From an uncultured Acidimicrobiia bacterium (GTDB lineage: Bacteria; Actinomycetota; Acidimicrobiia; Spongiisociales; Spongiisociaceae): 64,000 nucleotides of DNA. Location of the stretch: the NCBI GenBank assembly GCA_958295745.1, contig OY282370.1:1295724-1359723 (forward strand). Direction: 5' to 3'. Shown in pieces: positions 39,251 through 50,585 of the stretch. The position numbers and the translations under genes were made by a program. The notes under the pieces were generated by a model that saw nothing but the letters and a program-made list of their open reading frames with translations, made no database searches and was not told the origin of the DNA. Positions within the stretch are counted from its first letter, which is position 1, and every line of letters begins with the position of its first letter.

Positions 39251-39606
39251 TCCTCCCGGCCGTCGGAAACGACGATCGTTATGTGGCAGGTGCGTTTGCG
39301 TATCCGGGTGGCTCTGCCCCGAGCGCGGGGCCGGAACCGCTTTATGGTCGTTCCTTCGTCGGCGTAGGCCTCCACCACCGTCACCCCCCCGGCGAGGTGG
39401 TCGAGGTCTTCGCCCAGCTCGAACTTGGAGTTCATGTTCGCCACCGCCGAGCGCAGGCAGGCCAGGATCGGACCGGCCGCCCGCCGGTTGGAGTACCGGA
39501 GGACGGTCTCCGCCTCGGAGGCCGACATGCCGCGCACCAAGTCGAGCACCACCCTCACCTTGTAGGGCGACTGCCGGATATGGCGGGCGCGGGCGACGGC
39601 TCTCAT
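39247..39606 (-). CDS. rplV: 50S ribosomal protein L22
   Basis: ..[16 protein letters not shown].. Confidence 0.9.
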   Translation of the reverse strand: MRAVARARHIRQSPYKVRVVLDLVRGMSASEAETVLRYSNRRAAGPILACLRSAVANMNSKFELGEDLDHLAGGVTVVEAYADEGTTIKRFRPRARGRATRIRKRTCHITIVVSDGREE

Positions 39607-39887
39607 CGACGCGAAGCCCTTTTCTCCTTGGACCCCGCATGGCCCCGGAAAGTCCTGGTGGGAGCGAACTCCCCCAGCTTATGCCCCACCATCTGCTCCG
39701 AGATGTAGACCGGCACGTGCTTGCGGCCGTCGTGGACCGCGATCACCTGGCCGACCATCTCGGGAACGATGGTGCTGCGGCGGCTCCACGTGCGGATCAC
39801 CCTCCGGGCGCCGGCCCGGCTCTGGGCTTCCACCTTCCTCATGAGGTGCTCGTCTACGAAGGGGCCTTTCTTGAGGCTGCGTCCCAT
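39603..39887 (-). CDS. rpsS: 30S ribosomal protein S19
   Basis: [15 protein letters not shown]... ATG at 39887. Confidence 0.9.
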   Translation of the reverse strand: MGRSLKKGPFVDEHLMRKVEAQSRAGARRVIRTWSRRSTIVPEMVGQVIAVHDGRKHVPVYISEQMVGHKLGEFAPTRTFRGHAGSKEKRASRR

Positions 39888-39889
39888 GG

Positions 39890-40723
39890 TTATCTCCGAC
39901 CCTTCTTGGTGCGCCGCCGCACGATATCGCGGTTGCTGGCCTTGTTGCGATTCCGGGTGCTGCCTTCCGGCTTGCCCCAAGGGGAGACCGGATGGCGCCC
40001 TCCCGACGAGCGGCCCTCGCCGCCCCCGAGCGGATGGTCCACCGGGTTCATGGCCACCCCGCGGGTTTGGGGGCGCACGCCCTTCCAGCGGTTGCGCCCC
40101 GCCTTGCCGAGCTTGACGAGCTCCGCCTCGGGGTTGCCCACCTGCCCGATGGTGGCGCGGCAGTCGAGCGGGACATAGCGGACCTCCCCGGAAGGAAGCC
40201 GCAGGAGGGCCCGGTTTCCCTCCTTGGACATGAGCTGCACCCCGGCGCCCGCCGCCCGCGCCATCTTCGCCCCGCCGCCGGGCCGCATCTCGATGGCGTG
40301 CACCACGGTTCCGGCCGGGATGTTGCGGAGGGGCAGGGCGTTGCCGGGGCGTATCTCGGCCTTGGCCCCCGACTCCAGCCGGTCGCCGACCGAAACCCCC
40401 ACAGGATGCAGGATGTAGCGCTTCTCGCCGTCGACGTAGTGGAGCAGGGCCAGCCGGGCATTGCGGTTGGGGTCGTACTCCACCGCCGCCACCCGGGCCG
40501 GCACGCCGTCCTTGTTGCGGCGGAAATCCACTATCCGGTAGCGGCGCTTGTGTCCGCCCCCCCGGTGGCGCGAGGTGATCCGCCCGTGGTTGTTGCGGCC
40601 CGAGGAACGTTTCTTCTTGGCCAGCAGAGACTTCTCCGGCTTCGACTTGGTGATCGACTCGAAGTCCGAGACGGTCTGGAACCTCCTGCCGGGCGAGGTG
40701 GGCTTGCGCTTCTTCACCGCCAT
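39890..40723 (-). CDS. rplB: 50S ribosomal protein L2
   Basis: [14 protein letters not shown]... ATG at 40723. Confidence 0.9.
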   Translation of the reverse strand: MAVKKRKPTSPGRRFQTVSDFESITKSKPEKSLLAKKKRSSGRNNHGRITSRHRGGGHKRRYRIVDFRRNKDGVPARVAAVEYDPNRNARLALLHYVDGEKRYILHPVGVSVGDRLESGAKAEIRPGNALPLRNIPAGTVVHAIEMRPGGGAKMARAAGAGVQLMSKEGNRALLRLPSGEVRYVPLDCRATIGQVGNPEAELVKLGKAGRNRWKGVRPQTRGVAMNPVDHPLGGGEGRSSGGRHPVSPWGKPEGSTRNRNKASNRDIVRRRTKKGRR

Positions 40724-40724
40724 T

Positions 40725-41012
40725 TCAAACTCCAAAAATCTCTACGGTTTGACCCTGCGAAAGGGTCACCATGGCCCGCTTCGTATCGGAGCGGCGGCCT
40801 GCCACCAACCCCGTTCGCTTGCGCTTGCCCTTGCGGTTGAGGGTGTTGACCTTCAGCACCCGCACGTCGAAGAGACGCTCGACGGCGTCCCTTATCTCTT
40901 CCTTGCGGGCTCGGCGGTCGACCACGAAGGTATAGGTGTTGGACCTCTCGATGAGGTCGTAGGACTTCTCCGAAACCACCGGCAACAGGATGATGTCTCG
41001 CGGGTCTTTCAT
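40725..41012 (-). CDS. rplW: 50S ribosomal protein L23
   Basis: ..[13 protein letters not shown].. Confidence 0.9.
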   Translation of the reverse strand: MKDPRDIILLPVVSEKSYDLIERSNTYTFVVDRRARKEEIRDAVERLFDVRVLKVNTLNRKGKRKRTGLVAGRRSDTKRAMVTLSQGQTVEIFGV

Positions 41013-41701
41013 CGCTCCTCCCCCATGTGATCATCCTCCCCCTGGCGGGCCGGCTCGGCGGAGGGGGCCGTCTCGACCGGCGCCCCGGTGGTCTGCTCCA
41101 AGGCCCGGCGGGAGAAGACCACGGTTTCGGACCACAGTACGTCGTATGTGTTCAGATATCCGGCGCGGCCCAGCACCACCCTGGACAGATTTCGGAAGGA
41201 GCGGGCGGCCGCCGCCTCGTCGCGGTCCAGCACCACCAGCGCCTTGCCGCCCGCGCCGATCTCTTCCAGCAGGCCGTCGGCCCGCTTGGTCTTGGGCGCT
41301 TCCCAGTCGAAGTCGTCGACCACCTTCACCGCCCCTTCGGAAGCCCGGGCCGACAGGGCGCTGTGCAGGGCCAAGGCCTTCATCTTCTTGGGGGTGCGCT
41401 GGGCGTAACTGCGGGGCTTGGGACCGTGCGCCACCCCGCCGCCGACCCAGATAGGAGAACGGATGGAGCCGTGGCGGGCCCGCCCCAGGCCCTTCTGGCG
41501 CCATGGCTTGCGGCCGCCGCCCCGCACCTCCGCCCGGGACTTGGTGTGGGCGCTGCCGGCGCGCCGGGCGGCCAGATGCGCCACCACCACCTGGTGCATG
41601 ACGGCCCGGTTCGGCTCGATGCCGAACACCGCGGGGTCGAGCGCCACCGCCCCTTCGAGGGCGCCGGTCGAGGCGTACAGGGAAGCCGACATATCAGCCA
41701 C
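41009..41701 (-). CDS. rplD: 50S ribosomal protein L4
   Basis: ..[22 protein letters not shown].. Confidence 0.9.
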   Translation of the reverse strand: MADMSASLYASTGALEGAVALDPAVFGIEPNRAVMHQVVVAHLAARRAGSAHTKSRAEVRGGGRKPWRQKGLGRARHGSIRSPIWVGGGVAHGPKPRSYAQRTPKKMKALALHSALSARASEGAVKVVDDFDWEAPKTKRADGLLEEIGAGGKALVVLDRDEAAAARSFRNLSRVVLGRAGYLNTYDVLWSETVVFSRRALEQTTGAPVETAPSAEPARQGEDDHMGEER

Positions 41702-42332
41702 GGCCGCTCTTTACCGCCCGGCGCACGAACACCAGGCCGCCCTTCGGCCCCGGCACCGCGCCTTTCAATATCAAGAGGTTGCGTTCGGTGTCCACCCCCA
41801 CCACCGCCAGGTTGAGAACGGTGGAGCGCTCGCCGCCCATCCGACCGGGCAGCTTGGTGCCCTTGAAAACACGGGCGGGGGTGGCGCAGGCCCCGATGGC
41901 GCCGGGGGAACGGTGAACCTTGTGGGCGCCGTGGCTGGCCTCCTTGCCCCGGAAGTTGTGGCGCTTCATGACCCCCTGGAAACCCTTCCCCTTGGACAAG
42001 CCGGACACGTCCGCCCGGATGCCGGGTTCGAAGAGGTCACCGACCGCCAGCTCCTGACCGACCTCGAAGGCGGCCGGGTCGTCGACCCGGAACTCGATCA
42101 GGTGGCGGGCCGGCGCCACCCCCGCCTTGGCGAAATGGCCGGCCTGCGGCTTGTTCACCTTGCGGGGCGGGATCTCGCCATAGGCGAGCTGCACGGCGGT
42201 GTAGCCGTCGTCGTCTTCGGTCCGGATCAGGGTCACGCGGCAGGGGCCCGCTTCGATGACCGTCACCGGGATGGCCCTGGCCTGATCGTCGAAGATGCGG
42301 GTCATGCCCAGCTTCTGTCCCAGGAGGCTCAT
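41694..42332 (-). CDS. rplC: 50S ribosomal protein L3
   Basis: [16 protein letters not shown]... Confidence 0.9.
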   Translation of the reverse strand: MSLLGQKLGMTRIFDDQARAIPVTVIEAGPCRVTLIRTEDDDGYTAVQLAYGEIPPRKVNKPQAGHFAKAGVAPARHLIEFRVDDPAAFEVGQELAVGDLFEPGIRADVSGLSKGKGFQGVMKRHNFRGKEASHGAHKVHRSPGAIGACATPARVFKGTKLPGRMGGERSTVLNLAVVGVDTERNLLILKGAVPGPKGGLVFVRRAVKSGRG

Positions 42333-42637
42333 GTCTCGATCTCCACTTCGACGCCCGCCGGCAGGTCGAGCCGCATCAGCGACTCGATGGTGTTGTGGGT
42401 AGGTCCGAGGATGTCTATGAGGCGCTTGTGGGTCCGTATCTCGAAGTGCTCCCGGGAGTCTTTGTAGACATGGGGGGAACGGATCACGCAGTAGCGTTGG
42501 ATCCTGGTGGGGAGCGGAACCGGGCCGCTTACCCGCGCCTGGGTGCGGATGACCGTCTCGGCGATCTTGCGCGCCGATTCGTCCACCACGTGGTGGTCGT
42601 AGGCCTTCAATTTGATGCGTATCTTTTGTTCTTTCAT
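42329..42637 (-). CDS. rpsJ: 30S ribosomal protein S10
   Basis: ..[14 protein letters not shown].. Confidence 0.95.
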   Translation of the reverse strand: MKEQKIRIKLKAYDHHVVDESARKIAETVIRTQARVSGPVPLPTRIQRYCVIRSPHVYKDSREHFEIRTHKRLIDILGPTHNTIESLMRLDLPAGVEVEIET

Positions 42638-42644
42638 CTGCCGC

Positions 42645-43835
42645 TCATTTGGTTATTTTGGTGACGGTGCCCGCACCCACAGTCCGACCACCCTCACGAA
42701 TAGCAAACCGCAACCCCTCATCCATAGCAATAGCCGAACCCAACTCCACCGACATCACCGTATTATCCCCAGGCATCACCATCTCCACCCCCACAGGCAA
42801 CCCCACCCGACCAGTAACATCCGTCGTCCGGAAATAAAACTGCGGCTGATACCCACCAAAAAACGGATTATGACGACCACCCTCCTCCTTCGTCAACACA
42901 TACACCTGCGCCTCGAACTCCGTATGAGGCTCAATCGACCCCGGCGCCGCCAACACCTGACCCCGCTCGACCTCCCCCCGACCCACACCCCGCAACAACA
43001 CCCCCACATTATCCCCAGCCAACCCCTCATCCAACAACTTCCGAAACATCTCCACCCCCGTCGCCACCGTCCCCCGAGTCTCCCCCAACCCAACCACCTC
43101 CACCCGATCACCCACCCGAACCACACCCGACTCCACCCGACCCGTAACCACCGTCCCCCGACCCGTAATCGAAAACACATCCTCAATCGGCATCAAAAAC
43201 GGCCGATCCACCGGACGCTCCGGCACCGGAACATACGAATCCACCGCCCCCATCAACTCCAACACCCCCCCAGCAGCCCCCACATCACCCTCCAACGCCC
43301 GCAACGCCGACACCCGCACCACCGGCACATCATCCCCAGGAAACCCATAATCCCCCAACAACTCCCGCACCTCCAACTCCACCAACTCCAACAACTCCTC
43401 ATCATCCACCAAATCCACCTTATTCAACGCCACCACCACACACGGCACCCCCACCTGACGCGCCAACAACACATGCTCACGCGTCTGCGGCATCGGACCA
43501 TCCGCCGCCGACACCACCAACACAGCCCCATCCACCTGCGCCGCCCCCGTAATCATATTCTTAATATAATCAGCATGACCAGGCATATCCACATGCGCAT
43601 AATGACGCAAATCAGTCTCATACTCCACATGCGCAATCGAAATCGTAATACCACGCTCACGCTCCTCAGGAGCCTTATCAATATCATCAAACACCGTAAA
43701 CACATTACGCCCAGGCACCCGCTCAGACAACACCCGAGTAATCGCAGCCGTCAACGTCGTCTTACCATGATCAATATGACCCATAGTCCCAACATTCACA
43801 TGCGGCTTAACCCGCTCGAACTTTGCCTTAGCCAT
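42645..43835 (-). CDS. tuf: Elongation factor Tu
   Basis: 396 aa with [18 protein letters not shown] and NKVD motifs. Confidence 0.95.
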   Translation of the reverse strand: MAKAKFERVKPHVNVGTMGHIDHGKTTLTAAITRVLSERVPGRNVFTVFDDIDKAPEERERGITISIAHVEYETDLRHYAHVDMPGHADYIKNMITGAAQVDGAVLVVSAADGPMPQTREHVLLARQVGVPCVVVALNKVDLVDDEELLELVELEVRELLGDYGFPGDDVPVVRVSALRALEGDVGAAGGVLELMGAVDSYVPVPERPVDRPFLMPIEDVFSITGRGTVVTGRVESGVVRVGDRVEVVGLGETRGTVATGVEMFRKLLDEGLAGDNVGVLLRGVGRGEVERGQVLAAPGSIEPHTEFEAQVYVLTKEEGGRHNPFFGGYQPQFYFRTTDVTGRVGLPVGVEMVMPGDNTVMSVELGSAIAMDEGLRFAIREGGRTVGAGTVTKITK

Positions 43836-43841
43836 AAGGAT

Positions 43842-45962
43842 TCAACCTCCTATGAGCTCGCCGCGTATCGCAGCTACGATACCGCGAGAAACCTGTTCCG
43901 GTACTTCGTCGTACGAGTGGAATTTCATGGTGGACACGGCGCGGCCCTGGGTGCCGGACCGCAGATCGGTCACGTATCCGAACATCTCCGAGAGGGGCAC
44001 CCGGGCGGTTATGAGCCGATGATTGCCCCGCTGTCCCAGCTCGCCGATCTGTCCCCGGCGCGACGACAGGTCTCCGATCACCTCGCCCGTGTACTGCTCG
44101 GGCGTGACGACCTCGACTTCCATCACCGGTTCCAGCAGCTTGACCCCCGCCCGGCGGGCGGCCTCGCGCAGCACCATCGAACCGGCGATCCGGAAGGCCA
44201 TCTCGGAGGAGTCCACATCGTGTGAGTGGCCGTCCACCAGCCGGGCCCGCACATCCACCAGCGGGTATCCGGCCAGGACGCCTTGGTCGAGCCCTCCCCC
44301 GATTCCCGCGTTCACGGCCGGGATGAACTCGCGGGGCACCGCGCCTCCCTTGATCTCGTCTACGAACTCGTAACCGCCGCCGGGGCCGGTCGGCTCCAAG
44401 TCGATCACCACCACCGCGTACTGGCCCCGCCCGCCGGTCTGCTTGACGTGGCGGTACTCGACCCTTCGGACCGGACCCGCGATGGTCTCGCGATAGGCCA
44501 CCTGGGGGCGGCCCACGTTGGCGTTGACCCCGAACTCCCTGACCAGCCGGTCGACCAGGATGTCGAGGTGGAGCTCGCCCATGCCGGAGATGATGGTCTG
44601 GCCGGTCTCCTGATCGGTGCGGACCAGGAATGTGGGGTCCTCTTCGGTCAGCCGCCCCAGTGAATCGGACAGCTTGTCCTGATCGACTTTGGACTTCGGC
44701 TCGATGGCGACCGAGATCACCGGGGCGGGGAAGCTCATGGCCTCCAGCACCACCGGATGGCGAAGGTCGCTCAGCGTGTCTCCGGTGGCGGTGTGCTTGA
44801 GGCCCACCGCCGCCACGATGTCGCCGGTGAAGACATCCCGGCGGTCTTCGCGGCGGTTGGCGTGCATGCGCAGCAGGCGGCCCAGGCGCTCCTTGCGGCC
44901 TTTGGTGGTGTTCAACACCTTTCCGCCCTTGGGGGCGTGACCGGAGTAGACCCGGAAATAGGTGAGCTTGCCCACGTGCGGATCGCTGACGATCTTGAAG
45001 GCCAGGGCGGCAAAGGGCTCTTCGTCGTCCGGTGGCCGCTCCACGACGGCCTGCTCTTCGCCCGGCAGGAACCCTTGTATGGAGGAGAGGTCGAGCGGGC
45101 TGGGAAGATAGTCCACCACCGCATCGAGGAGCAGCTGCACGCCCTTGTTCCTGAAGGCGGCGCCGCAGAACACCGGGGTGAACATGTGCTGCAGGGTTCC
45201 GGTGCGGACCGCGCTCACTATCTCGCCGGGAGATATGTCGAGGTCCTCCAAGTACTTGACGAGCAGCTTCTCCTCGATCTCCGCCACCTGCTCGAGCAGC
45301 CTGCCCCGGTATTCCTCCGCCATCATCGCGTACTTGGGAGGGATGGCGCCGGTGTTCCAGGTGCGTCCGTCGTCCCCATTCCAGGTGTGCGCCTTCATCT
45401 CGATCAGGTCAACCACCCCCCGGAAGCCGGCCTCTTCCCCGATCGGAAGCTGCATCACCAGAGGCGCCGCCCCCAGCCGTTCCTCGATGGAGGCCACCGC
45501 CGCGAAGAAATCGGCGCCCACCCGGTCCATCTTGTTGATGAAGCAGATACGGGGCACCTCATAGCGGTCGGCCTGCCGCCATACGGTCTCGGTCTGGGGT
45601 TCGACTCCGGCCACCGCGTCGAACACGGCCACCGCGCCGTCGAGCACTCGGAGGGAACGCTCCACCTCGACGGTGAAGTCCACATGGCCGGGCGTGTCGA
45701 TGATGTTGATCCAGTGATCGTGCCACTCGCAGGTGGTGGCGGCGGAGGTGATGGTGATGCCGCGTTCCTGCTCCTGCTCCATCCAGTCCATGACCGCGGC
45801 GCCCTCGTGGACCTCGCCCAGCTTGTAGGTGCGGCCGGTGTAGTAGAGGACCCGCTCGGTCAAGGTGGTCTTGCCCGCGTCGATGTGGGCCATGATCCCG
45901 ATGTTCCGGGTCCGGCTCAGCGGATACTGACGTAGATGGACCAATGCCGTGGGGTTGCTCAT
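43842..45962 (-). CDS. fusA: Elongation factor G
   Basis: 706 aa with a ..[14 protein letters not shown].. G domain. Confidence 0.95.
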   Translation of the reverse strand: MSNPTALVHLRQYPLSRTRNIGIMAHIDAGKTTLTERVLYYTGRTYKLGEVHEGAAVMDWMEQEQERGITITSAATTCEWHDHWINIIDTPGHVDFTVEVERSLRVLDGAVAVFDAVAGVEPQTETVWRQADRYEVPRICFINKMDRVGADFFAAVASIEERLGAAPLVMQLPIGEEAGFRGVVDLIEMKAHTWNGDDGRTWNTGAIPPKYAMMAEEYRGRLLEQVAEIEEKLLVKYLEDLDISPGEIVSAVRTGTLQHMFTPVFCGAAFRNKGVQLLLDAVVDYLPSPLDLSSIQGFLPGEEQAVVERPPDDEEPFAALAFKIVSDPHVGKLTYFRVYSGHAPKGGKVLNTTKGRKERLGRLLRMHANRREDRRDVFTGDIVAAVGLKHTATGDTLSDLRHPVVLEAMSFPAPVISVAIEPKSKVDQDKLSDSLGRLTEEDPTFLVRTDQETGQTIISGMGELHLDILVDRLVREFGVNANVGRPQVAYRETIAGPVRRVEYRHVKQTGGRGQYAVVVIDLEPTGPGGGYEFVDEIKGGAVPREFIPAVNAGIGGGLDQGVLAGYPLVDVRARLVDGHSHDVDSSEMAFRIAGSMVLREAARRAGVKLLEPVMEVEVVTPEQYTGEVIGDLSSRRGQIGELGQRGNHRLITARVPLSEMFGYVTDLRSGTQGRAVSTMKFHSYDEVPEQVSRGIVAAIRGELIGG

Positions 45963-45965
45963 GAT

Positions 45966-46433
45966 CTACCAGCGGTAATGGGCGAAGGCCTTGTTGGACT
46001 CCGCCATCTTGTGCAGGTCCTCCTTGCGTTTGATGGCCGCCCCGGTGTTGTTGGAGGCGTCCATGATCTCGTTGGCGAGCCGCTCGGGCATGGTCTTCTC
46101 GCGGCGGCGCCGGGCATACCCGACCAACCACCTGACGGCCAGCGTGGAAGCCCGCCGAGGCCGCACGTCCACCGGCACCTGGTAGGAGGATCCCCCCACC
46201 CGGCGAGACCGCACCTCGACCTGGGGCCGGAGGTTGTCGATCGCCCGCTTGAGTATCGTCAGCGAATCCTGGCCGCTCCGGCGGGCCACGATCTCCAGCG
46301 CCCGGTAGACGATCTTGCGGGCCTTCTCCTTCTTGCCCTTGAGCAGGACCTGGTTGATGACCTGGCCGACCAGAACGTTGCGGAACACCGGATCGGGGTC
46401 GACGGGCCGCTTCTCGGCCGGTGCTCTCCGCAT
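45966..46433 (-). CDS. rpsG: 30S ribosomal protein S7
   Basis: 155 aa ending ..AFAHYRW. Confidence 0.95.
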   Translation of the reverse strand: MRRAPAEKRPVDPDPVFRNVLVGQVINQVLLKGKKEKARKIVYRALEIVARRSGQDSLTILKRAIDNLRPQVEVRSRRVGGSSYQVPVDVRPRRASTLAVRWLVGYARRRREKTMPERLANEIMDASNNTGAAIKRKEDLHKMAESNKAFAHYRW

Positions 46434-46804
46434 CAGCGCCCCTTCTTGGCGCCGTAGCGGGAGCGGGCCTGGCGGCGGCCCTCCACCCCGGCGGCGTCGA
46501 GGGTGCCGCGGATGACTTTGTAGCGCACACCGGGCAGGTCCTTCACCCGCCCCCCGCGCACCAACACGATGGAATGCTCCTGGAGGTTGTGTCCTTCACC
46601 CGGTATGTAGGCGGTGACCTCCACCCCCGAGGTGAGCCGGACCCGGCATACCTTGCGGAGGGCGGAGTTGGGCTTCTTGGGGGTGATGGTGTACACGCGG
46701 ATGCACACGCCGCGGCGCTGGGGAGACCCGGCGAGGCCGGGTGTTTTCTCCTTGCGCGCCTTGGGCTTGCGCCCTTGGCGGACCAGCTGTTGGATGGTCG
46801 GCAA
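46433..46804 (-). CDS. rpsL: 30S ribosomal protein S12
   Basis: TTG start at 46804 (..GAAGGAGAAGAA TTG CCG ACC ATC..), then [14 protein letters not shown]... Confidence 0.9.
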   Translation of the reverse strand: MPTIQQLVRQGRKPKARKEKTPGLAGSPQRRGVCIRVYTITPKKPNSALRKVCRVRLTSGVEVTAYIPGEGHNLQEHSIVLVRGGRVKDLPGVRYKVIRGTLDAAGVEGRRQARSRYGAKKGR

Positions 46805-46979
46805 TTCTTCTCCTTCGGGTCGGCGCGCCGCGAAACCACCGCATCGGGTGGGTAACGGGTTCCGACGGAATCTTTCCTGGACTTGTGCTAGCCCCACGCC
46901 CGGAGAGGGCACCGGGGTGGGGTCACACCGGCAACCCGTTCAGGGCACAGGAAAACAGACGTGCATGTGCACGGGGGTA

Positions 46980-47008
46980 AGTATATGGCATAGGTGCACG
47001 GTCGTCAA
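46980..47008 (-). promoter_or_regulatory. Putative sigma70-type promoter of the rpsL-rpsG-fusA-tuf operon
   Basis: Minus-strand TTGACG (47003-47008), 17-nt spacer, TATACT (46980-46985), about 170 nt upstream of rpsL. Confidence 0.5.
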
Positions 47009-47018
47009 TACAGACCGG

Positions 47019-47092
47019 CGCGGCCGGGAGGACTCGAACCCCCAACCTTCTGATCCGTAGTCAGACGCTCTGTCCATTTGAGCTACGACCGC
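47019..47092 (-). tRNA. tRNA-Arg (anticodon ACG)
   Basis: Hand-folded cloverleaf. Acceptor GCGGTCG/CGGCCGC, anticodon loop CTACGGA, T-loop TTCGAGT. Confidence 0.9.
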
Positions 47093-47317
47093 AGGCCCCA
47101 AAGGGTACCACGTCTAATGGTAGCCAGCCCGGACGGCAACCGAAACCCGGATCGCAGTCCCCGGCCTCAGGGTTGCACACCGGGCGGCGGCGCCCATCCG
47201 AAGAGGGTCCCTAATCTGGTGTTCCATGCGGTCGAATGTGCCGGACAGCCTCACATGATCATGTCATGATCGGGGACCGTGAGATCACGATGCAGGGTGC
47301 CCAAGCTCTGTGGAGAG

Positions 47318-47407
47318 CGGAGAGGGAGGGATTTGAACCCTCGAGGAGGTTTTCAACCCCCTACTCGCTTAGCAGGCGAGCGCCTTCGACCGCTCGGCCA
47401 CCTCTCC
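47318..47407 (-). tRNA. tRNA-Ser (anticodon GCT)
   Basis: GGAGAGGTGGCCGAGCGGTCGAAGGC... with a long variable arm and anticodon loop CTGCTAA. Confidence 0.9.
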
Positions 47408-47433
47408 CGTCGGCCCTCACTCTAGCCAAAGCG

Positions 47434-47522
47434 CGGAGGGAGTGGGATTCGAACCCACGAGACCCGTCGCCGGGCCCACCGGTTTTCAAGACCAGCGCCT
47501 TCGACCGCTCGGCCATCCCTCC
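47434..47522 (-). tRNA. tRNA-Ser (anticodon TGA)
   Basis: GGAGGGATGGCCGAGCGGTCGAAGGC..., anticodon loop CTTGAAA, long variable arm. Confidence 0.9.
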
Positions 47523-47641
47523 GACTGGGATTATCGCAGGCCGCGGCGCGCACCGAAACGAAGCCCCCACCCGGTAGAATCCGGGCAAGGCCGGGACGAA
47601 GAAAGCCGGGACGAAGAAAGTCGGGACGGAGGAGGTGGCAG

Positions 47642-48631
47642 ATGACCGGTCTCACCGCCGAGCAGCTCCGCCGCTTCGACGAGGACGGGTACCTGATCGT
47701 CGAGGACGTGCTGAGCGAAGAGGACCTCGCCCGGATCGAAGCCGAGTATCGGGAGATACTGGACCGGGCGGCCGACGGCCTGGTCCGCCGGGGCCGGATT
47801 CGGCCGCTGCGGGGCGGCGCCTTCTCGGAGCGTTACGTGGAGGCCATGCGCCAGATCGACGATATGTACGCTCTATACCAACACCTCGACATCTCCCTGC
47901 CGTTGGTCGAGGATCTCGGCCTGTCCCACACTTTGAACACCGGACCGGAGGTTTTCCGCCTGCTGACCCATCCCCGGCTGCTCGACATCGTCGAATCGGT
48001 GATAGGCCCCGAGATCTACTCGAATCCGATCCAGCACACCCGGATCAAGCCTCCTGTCCACTGTCTGCCCGACGCGATCCTCGACTCGAACGTGGCCGCC
48101 ACGGGATGGCACCAGGACTCCGCTGTAGCCACCCGGGAGGCCGACGACACCGACATGCTGACCGTATGGCTGGCCGTCACGGACGCCTTCGTCCAAAACG
48201 GCTGCCTCGTCGTGACGCCGGGCAGCCATCGCAAAGGGGTGACCCGGCACTGCCCCGGCATGGCTTCGTCGGCCGAGATCTACATCCCGGAGACGATCAT
48301 CGACCTGGACCGGGTGATCCCTTTGGAGGTGAAGGCGGGGAGCGCCGTCCTGCTCCACAAGATGACCGAGCACGGTTCCCTGGAAAACCGCAGCGAAGGC
48401 ATCCGATGGAGTTTCGACCTGCGCTACCAACCGATCGGGCAACCCACCGGCCGCTCTGTCTTCCCCGGCTTCGCGGCGCGGAGCTCGGCCCGCCCCGATC
48501 TGGTCGTCACCGACCACGCGGAGTGGGAGAGCCTGTGGCGCCAAGCCCTCCACCGCATCGTGAACGGCGAGGCGGACGCGGCTTTCAACGCCAAGTGGGA
48601 GGCCAACGCCGGGCATCCGCTCTGCGCCTGA
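47642..48631 (+). CDS. Phytanoyl-CoA dioxygenase (PhyH) family Fe(II)/2-oxoglutarate oxygenase
   Basis: ..ATGWHQDSA..H..D.. facial-triad region. 329 aa. Confidence 0.7.
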   Translation: MTGLTAEQLRRFDEDGYLIVEDVLSEEDLARIEAEYREILDRAADGLVRRGRIRPLRGGAFSERYVEAMRQIDDMYALYQHLDISLPLVEDLGLSHTLNTGPEVFRLLTHPRLLDIVESVIGPEIYSNPIQHTRIKPPVHCLPDAILDSNVAATGWHQDSAVATREADDTDMLTVWLAVTDAFVQNGCLVVTPGSHRKGVTRHCPGMASSAEIYIPETIIDLDRVIPLEVKAGSAVLLHKMTEHGSLENRSEGIRWSFDLRYQPIGQPTGRSVFPGFAARSSARPDLVVTDHAEWESLWRQALHRIVNGEADAAFNAKWEANAGHPLCA

Positions 48632-48651
48632 ACCGTCCCCGGCCCCGAAGG

Positions 48652-48739
48652 CGGAGGGGGTGGGATTCGAACCCACGAGGGGCGGAGCCCCTACGGCATT
48701 TCGAGTGCCGCGCACTAGGCCAGACTATGCGACCCCTCC
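48652..48739 (-). tRNA. tRNA-Ser (anticodon CGA)
   Basis: Anticodon loop CTCGAAA, long variable arm, T-loop TTCGAAT. Its 5' end lies inside the tadA 3' end. Confidence 0.9.
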
Positions 48740-49213
48740 CGAAGGATCGGATTGTACCTTGCGGCGCCTCGATTCCGCGAAGAAACCGGTCAGGAGGGCG
48801 GCGCAGTCGGCTTCCAGCACCCCGGCCACCAAGTCAATGCGGTGGTTGAGGCGGCGGTCCTGGGGAATGTTGTAGAGGCTCCAAGCGGCGCCCCCCTTGA
48901 GGTCCGCCGCCCCGTAGACGATCCGCTCCAGGCGCGCCAGGACGGCGGCGCCCGCACACATGGCGCACGGCTCCAAGGTGACCACCAGGGTATGGCCATC
49001 GAGCCGCCGGTTCCCTATCCGGCGGGCGGCCTCCGACAGAACCAGCATCTCGGCGTGGGCGGTGGGGTCGTTCCTCTGCTCACGGCGGTTGCGCCCCGCC
49101 GCCGCCCGCCGGCCGTCGGGGCCCACCAGCACCGCCCCCACCGGCACGTCGCCGTGGTCGGGGGCACGCGCGGCCTCGGCGAGGGCCGCCTCCATCCAGG
49201 GAATCCAGGACAC
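48725..49213 (-). CDS. tadA: tRNA-specific adenosine-34 deaminase
   Basis: HAEMLVL.. and PCAMCAGA zinc-binding CDA motifs. Confidence 0.8.
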   Translation of the reverse strand: MSWIPWMEAALAEAARAPDHGDVPVGAVLVGPDGRRAAAGRNRREQRNDPTAHAEMLVLSEAARRIGNRRLDGHTLVVTLEPCAMCAGAAVLARLERIVYGAADLKGGAAWSLYNIPQDRRLNHRIDLVAGVLEADCAALLTGFFAESRRRKVQSDPSGGVA

Positions 49214-49634
49214 GGGCCAACTATAGGAGTCGGCTATACGGCCAGACGCAGAGAAAGAGCCGAGAGAAGCCGTGCGGCCCGCCGTCGAACGGACATCCCG
49301 AGGCGCAAACCGGCCGCCTGCTCGGGCCCGGCACCCCTACGGCACCCGGTACGCATCGCTTAGGGCTGCTTCCTCCCGGACCTGACCCGGTTCACGAAGG
49401 TTCCGCTGCGCAGGACCCGGCCGTCAATACCGCGTGCCGGCCGCATACCGGCGAGATGCCGACGCCCTTCGACGGGCTTCCGCCCCGCATGTAGAGGGTT
49501 TCGGGTAGAGGGCACCCCTAGCGCCCCGCGTAGCACGGCCGAATCCGGAGTATACAGGTCATCCAGGAAGAGCACTGAACAACGAAGATGGCTCGGTCCC
49601 GTGTATTGCTCAGCACATCTAGAATCACCCCCCA

Positions 49635-49725
49635 GGGAGGGATCGCATAGTCTGGCCTAGTGCGCACGCCTGGAAAGCGTGTTGGCGCCTACCGCGCCTC
49701 GTGGGTTCGAATCCCACTCCCTCCG
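49635..49725 (+). tRNA. tRNA-Ser (anticodon GGA)
   Basis: Anticodon loop CTGGAAA, long variable arm. A TAGAAT -10-like box lies about 10 nt upstream. Confidence 0.9.
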
Positions 49726-49928
49726 CCGACCTCCACCTTTAGAGGGTGCGCGGATAGGTGCTCACCTGGGAATACACTGCTTGCGGCGGTTGCTGAGCCC
49801 ACAGCCATAGCCAGGGGTTCCGAACTGGATCCTGACCGGCGTTTACGAACAGGGCCGGTGGCGGTCCGCCTATTCCCGCACCCTCTTACCCCCTCGCCTT
49901 TCTCATAGACCGGCGGGCGGGAACTGAA

Positions 49929-50585
49929 CTACCCCTCCTTGATCAGTATCACCCCGTAGACGAAGCCGAGAGGCCCCATCCTCCACAGATCCAACCTCCG
50001 AAGGGCGGTTTCCCGAAGGACGGCATCCGCATAGAGCCGCTCGGGGGGCGGGAGCTTGTCGAGGGAACGGTGCAGGTAGCGGTATTCGGCCGCCGCGCCG
50101 ATGGTGAAACCGGCCGCCGGAACGATCACGGCCGAACCGAGCCGGTGGAGGGCCGCGGCCGCCTTCCGTCGGGGGCGGGCCAGGTCGACGATGCCGGCCA
50201 TCCCGCCGGGGCGCAACACCCGCGCGATCTCGGCCAGGGCGCCTCCCACCGAATCGAGGTTGCGGAACACGAAAGCCGAGAAGACCGCGTCGAAGGCTCG
50301 GCCGGAGAACGGCAGGGCCTCGCCCACCCCCGCCACCCGCACGGTCATCGGGTTGAGAGCCAGCATCTGGGACACCGGGTCCAAGGCGACCGCGGGGCGG
50401 TCCCCGAACAGGGGGCGGGCGGCGCCGGTACCCGAGCCGAGGTCGAGCAGGCGGCCGGGGGGCAGCCGAACCATGACGGACCGCCGCCACTCCTGGTCCC
50501 TTCCGAGCGAGAGCACCCGGTTGAGGCGGTCGTATCGGCGGGCGATCTTGGCGAAAACAGCACCCGGGTCGGGGTCGGGGTTCAT
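49929..50585 (-). CDS. Class I SAM-dependent methyltransferase (UbiE/MenG-like)
   Basis: ..LLDLGSGTGA.. SAM motif I. The ATG at 50585 overlaps the serS stop. Confidence 0.6.
   Translation of the reverse strand: MNPDPDPGAVFAKIARRYDRLNRVLSLGRDQEWRRSVMVRLPPGRLLDLGSGTGAARPLFGDRPAVALDPVSQMLALNPMTVRVAGVGEALPFSGRAFDAVFSAFVFRNLDSVGGALAEIARVLRPGGMAGIVDLARPRRKAAAALHRLGSAVIVPAAGFTIGAAAEYRYLHRSLDKLPPPERLYADAVLRETALRRLDLWRMGPLGFVYGVILIKEG

Noticed and set aside
42612-44225. A 537-aa plus-strand ORF, very rich in His/Pro/Arg/Thr
   Set aside because: It is antisense to tuf and the start of fusA. The low-complexity composition is typical of a spurious frame in high-GC DNA.
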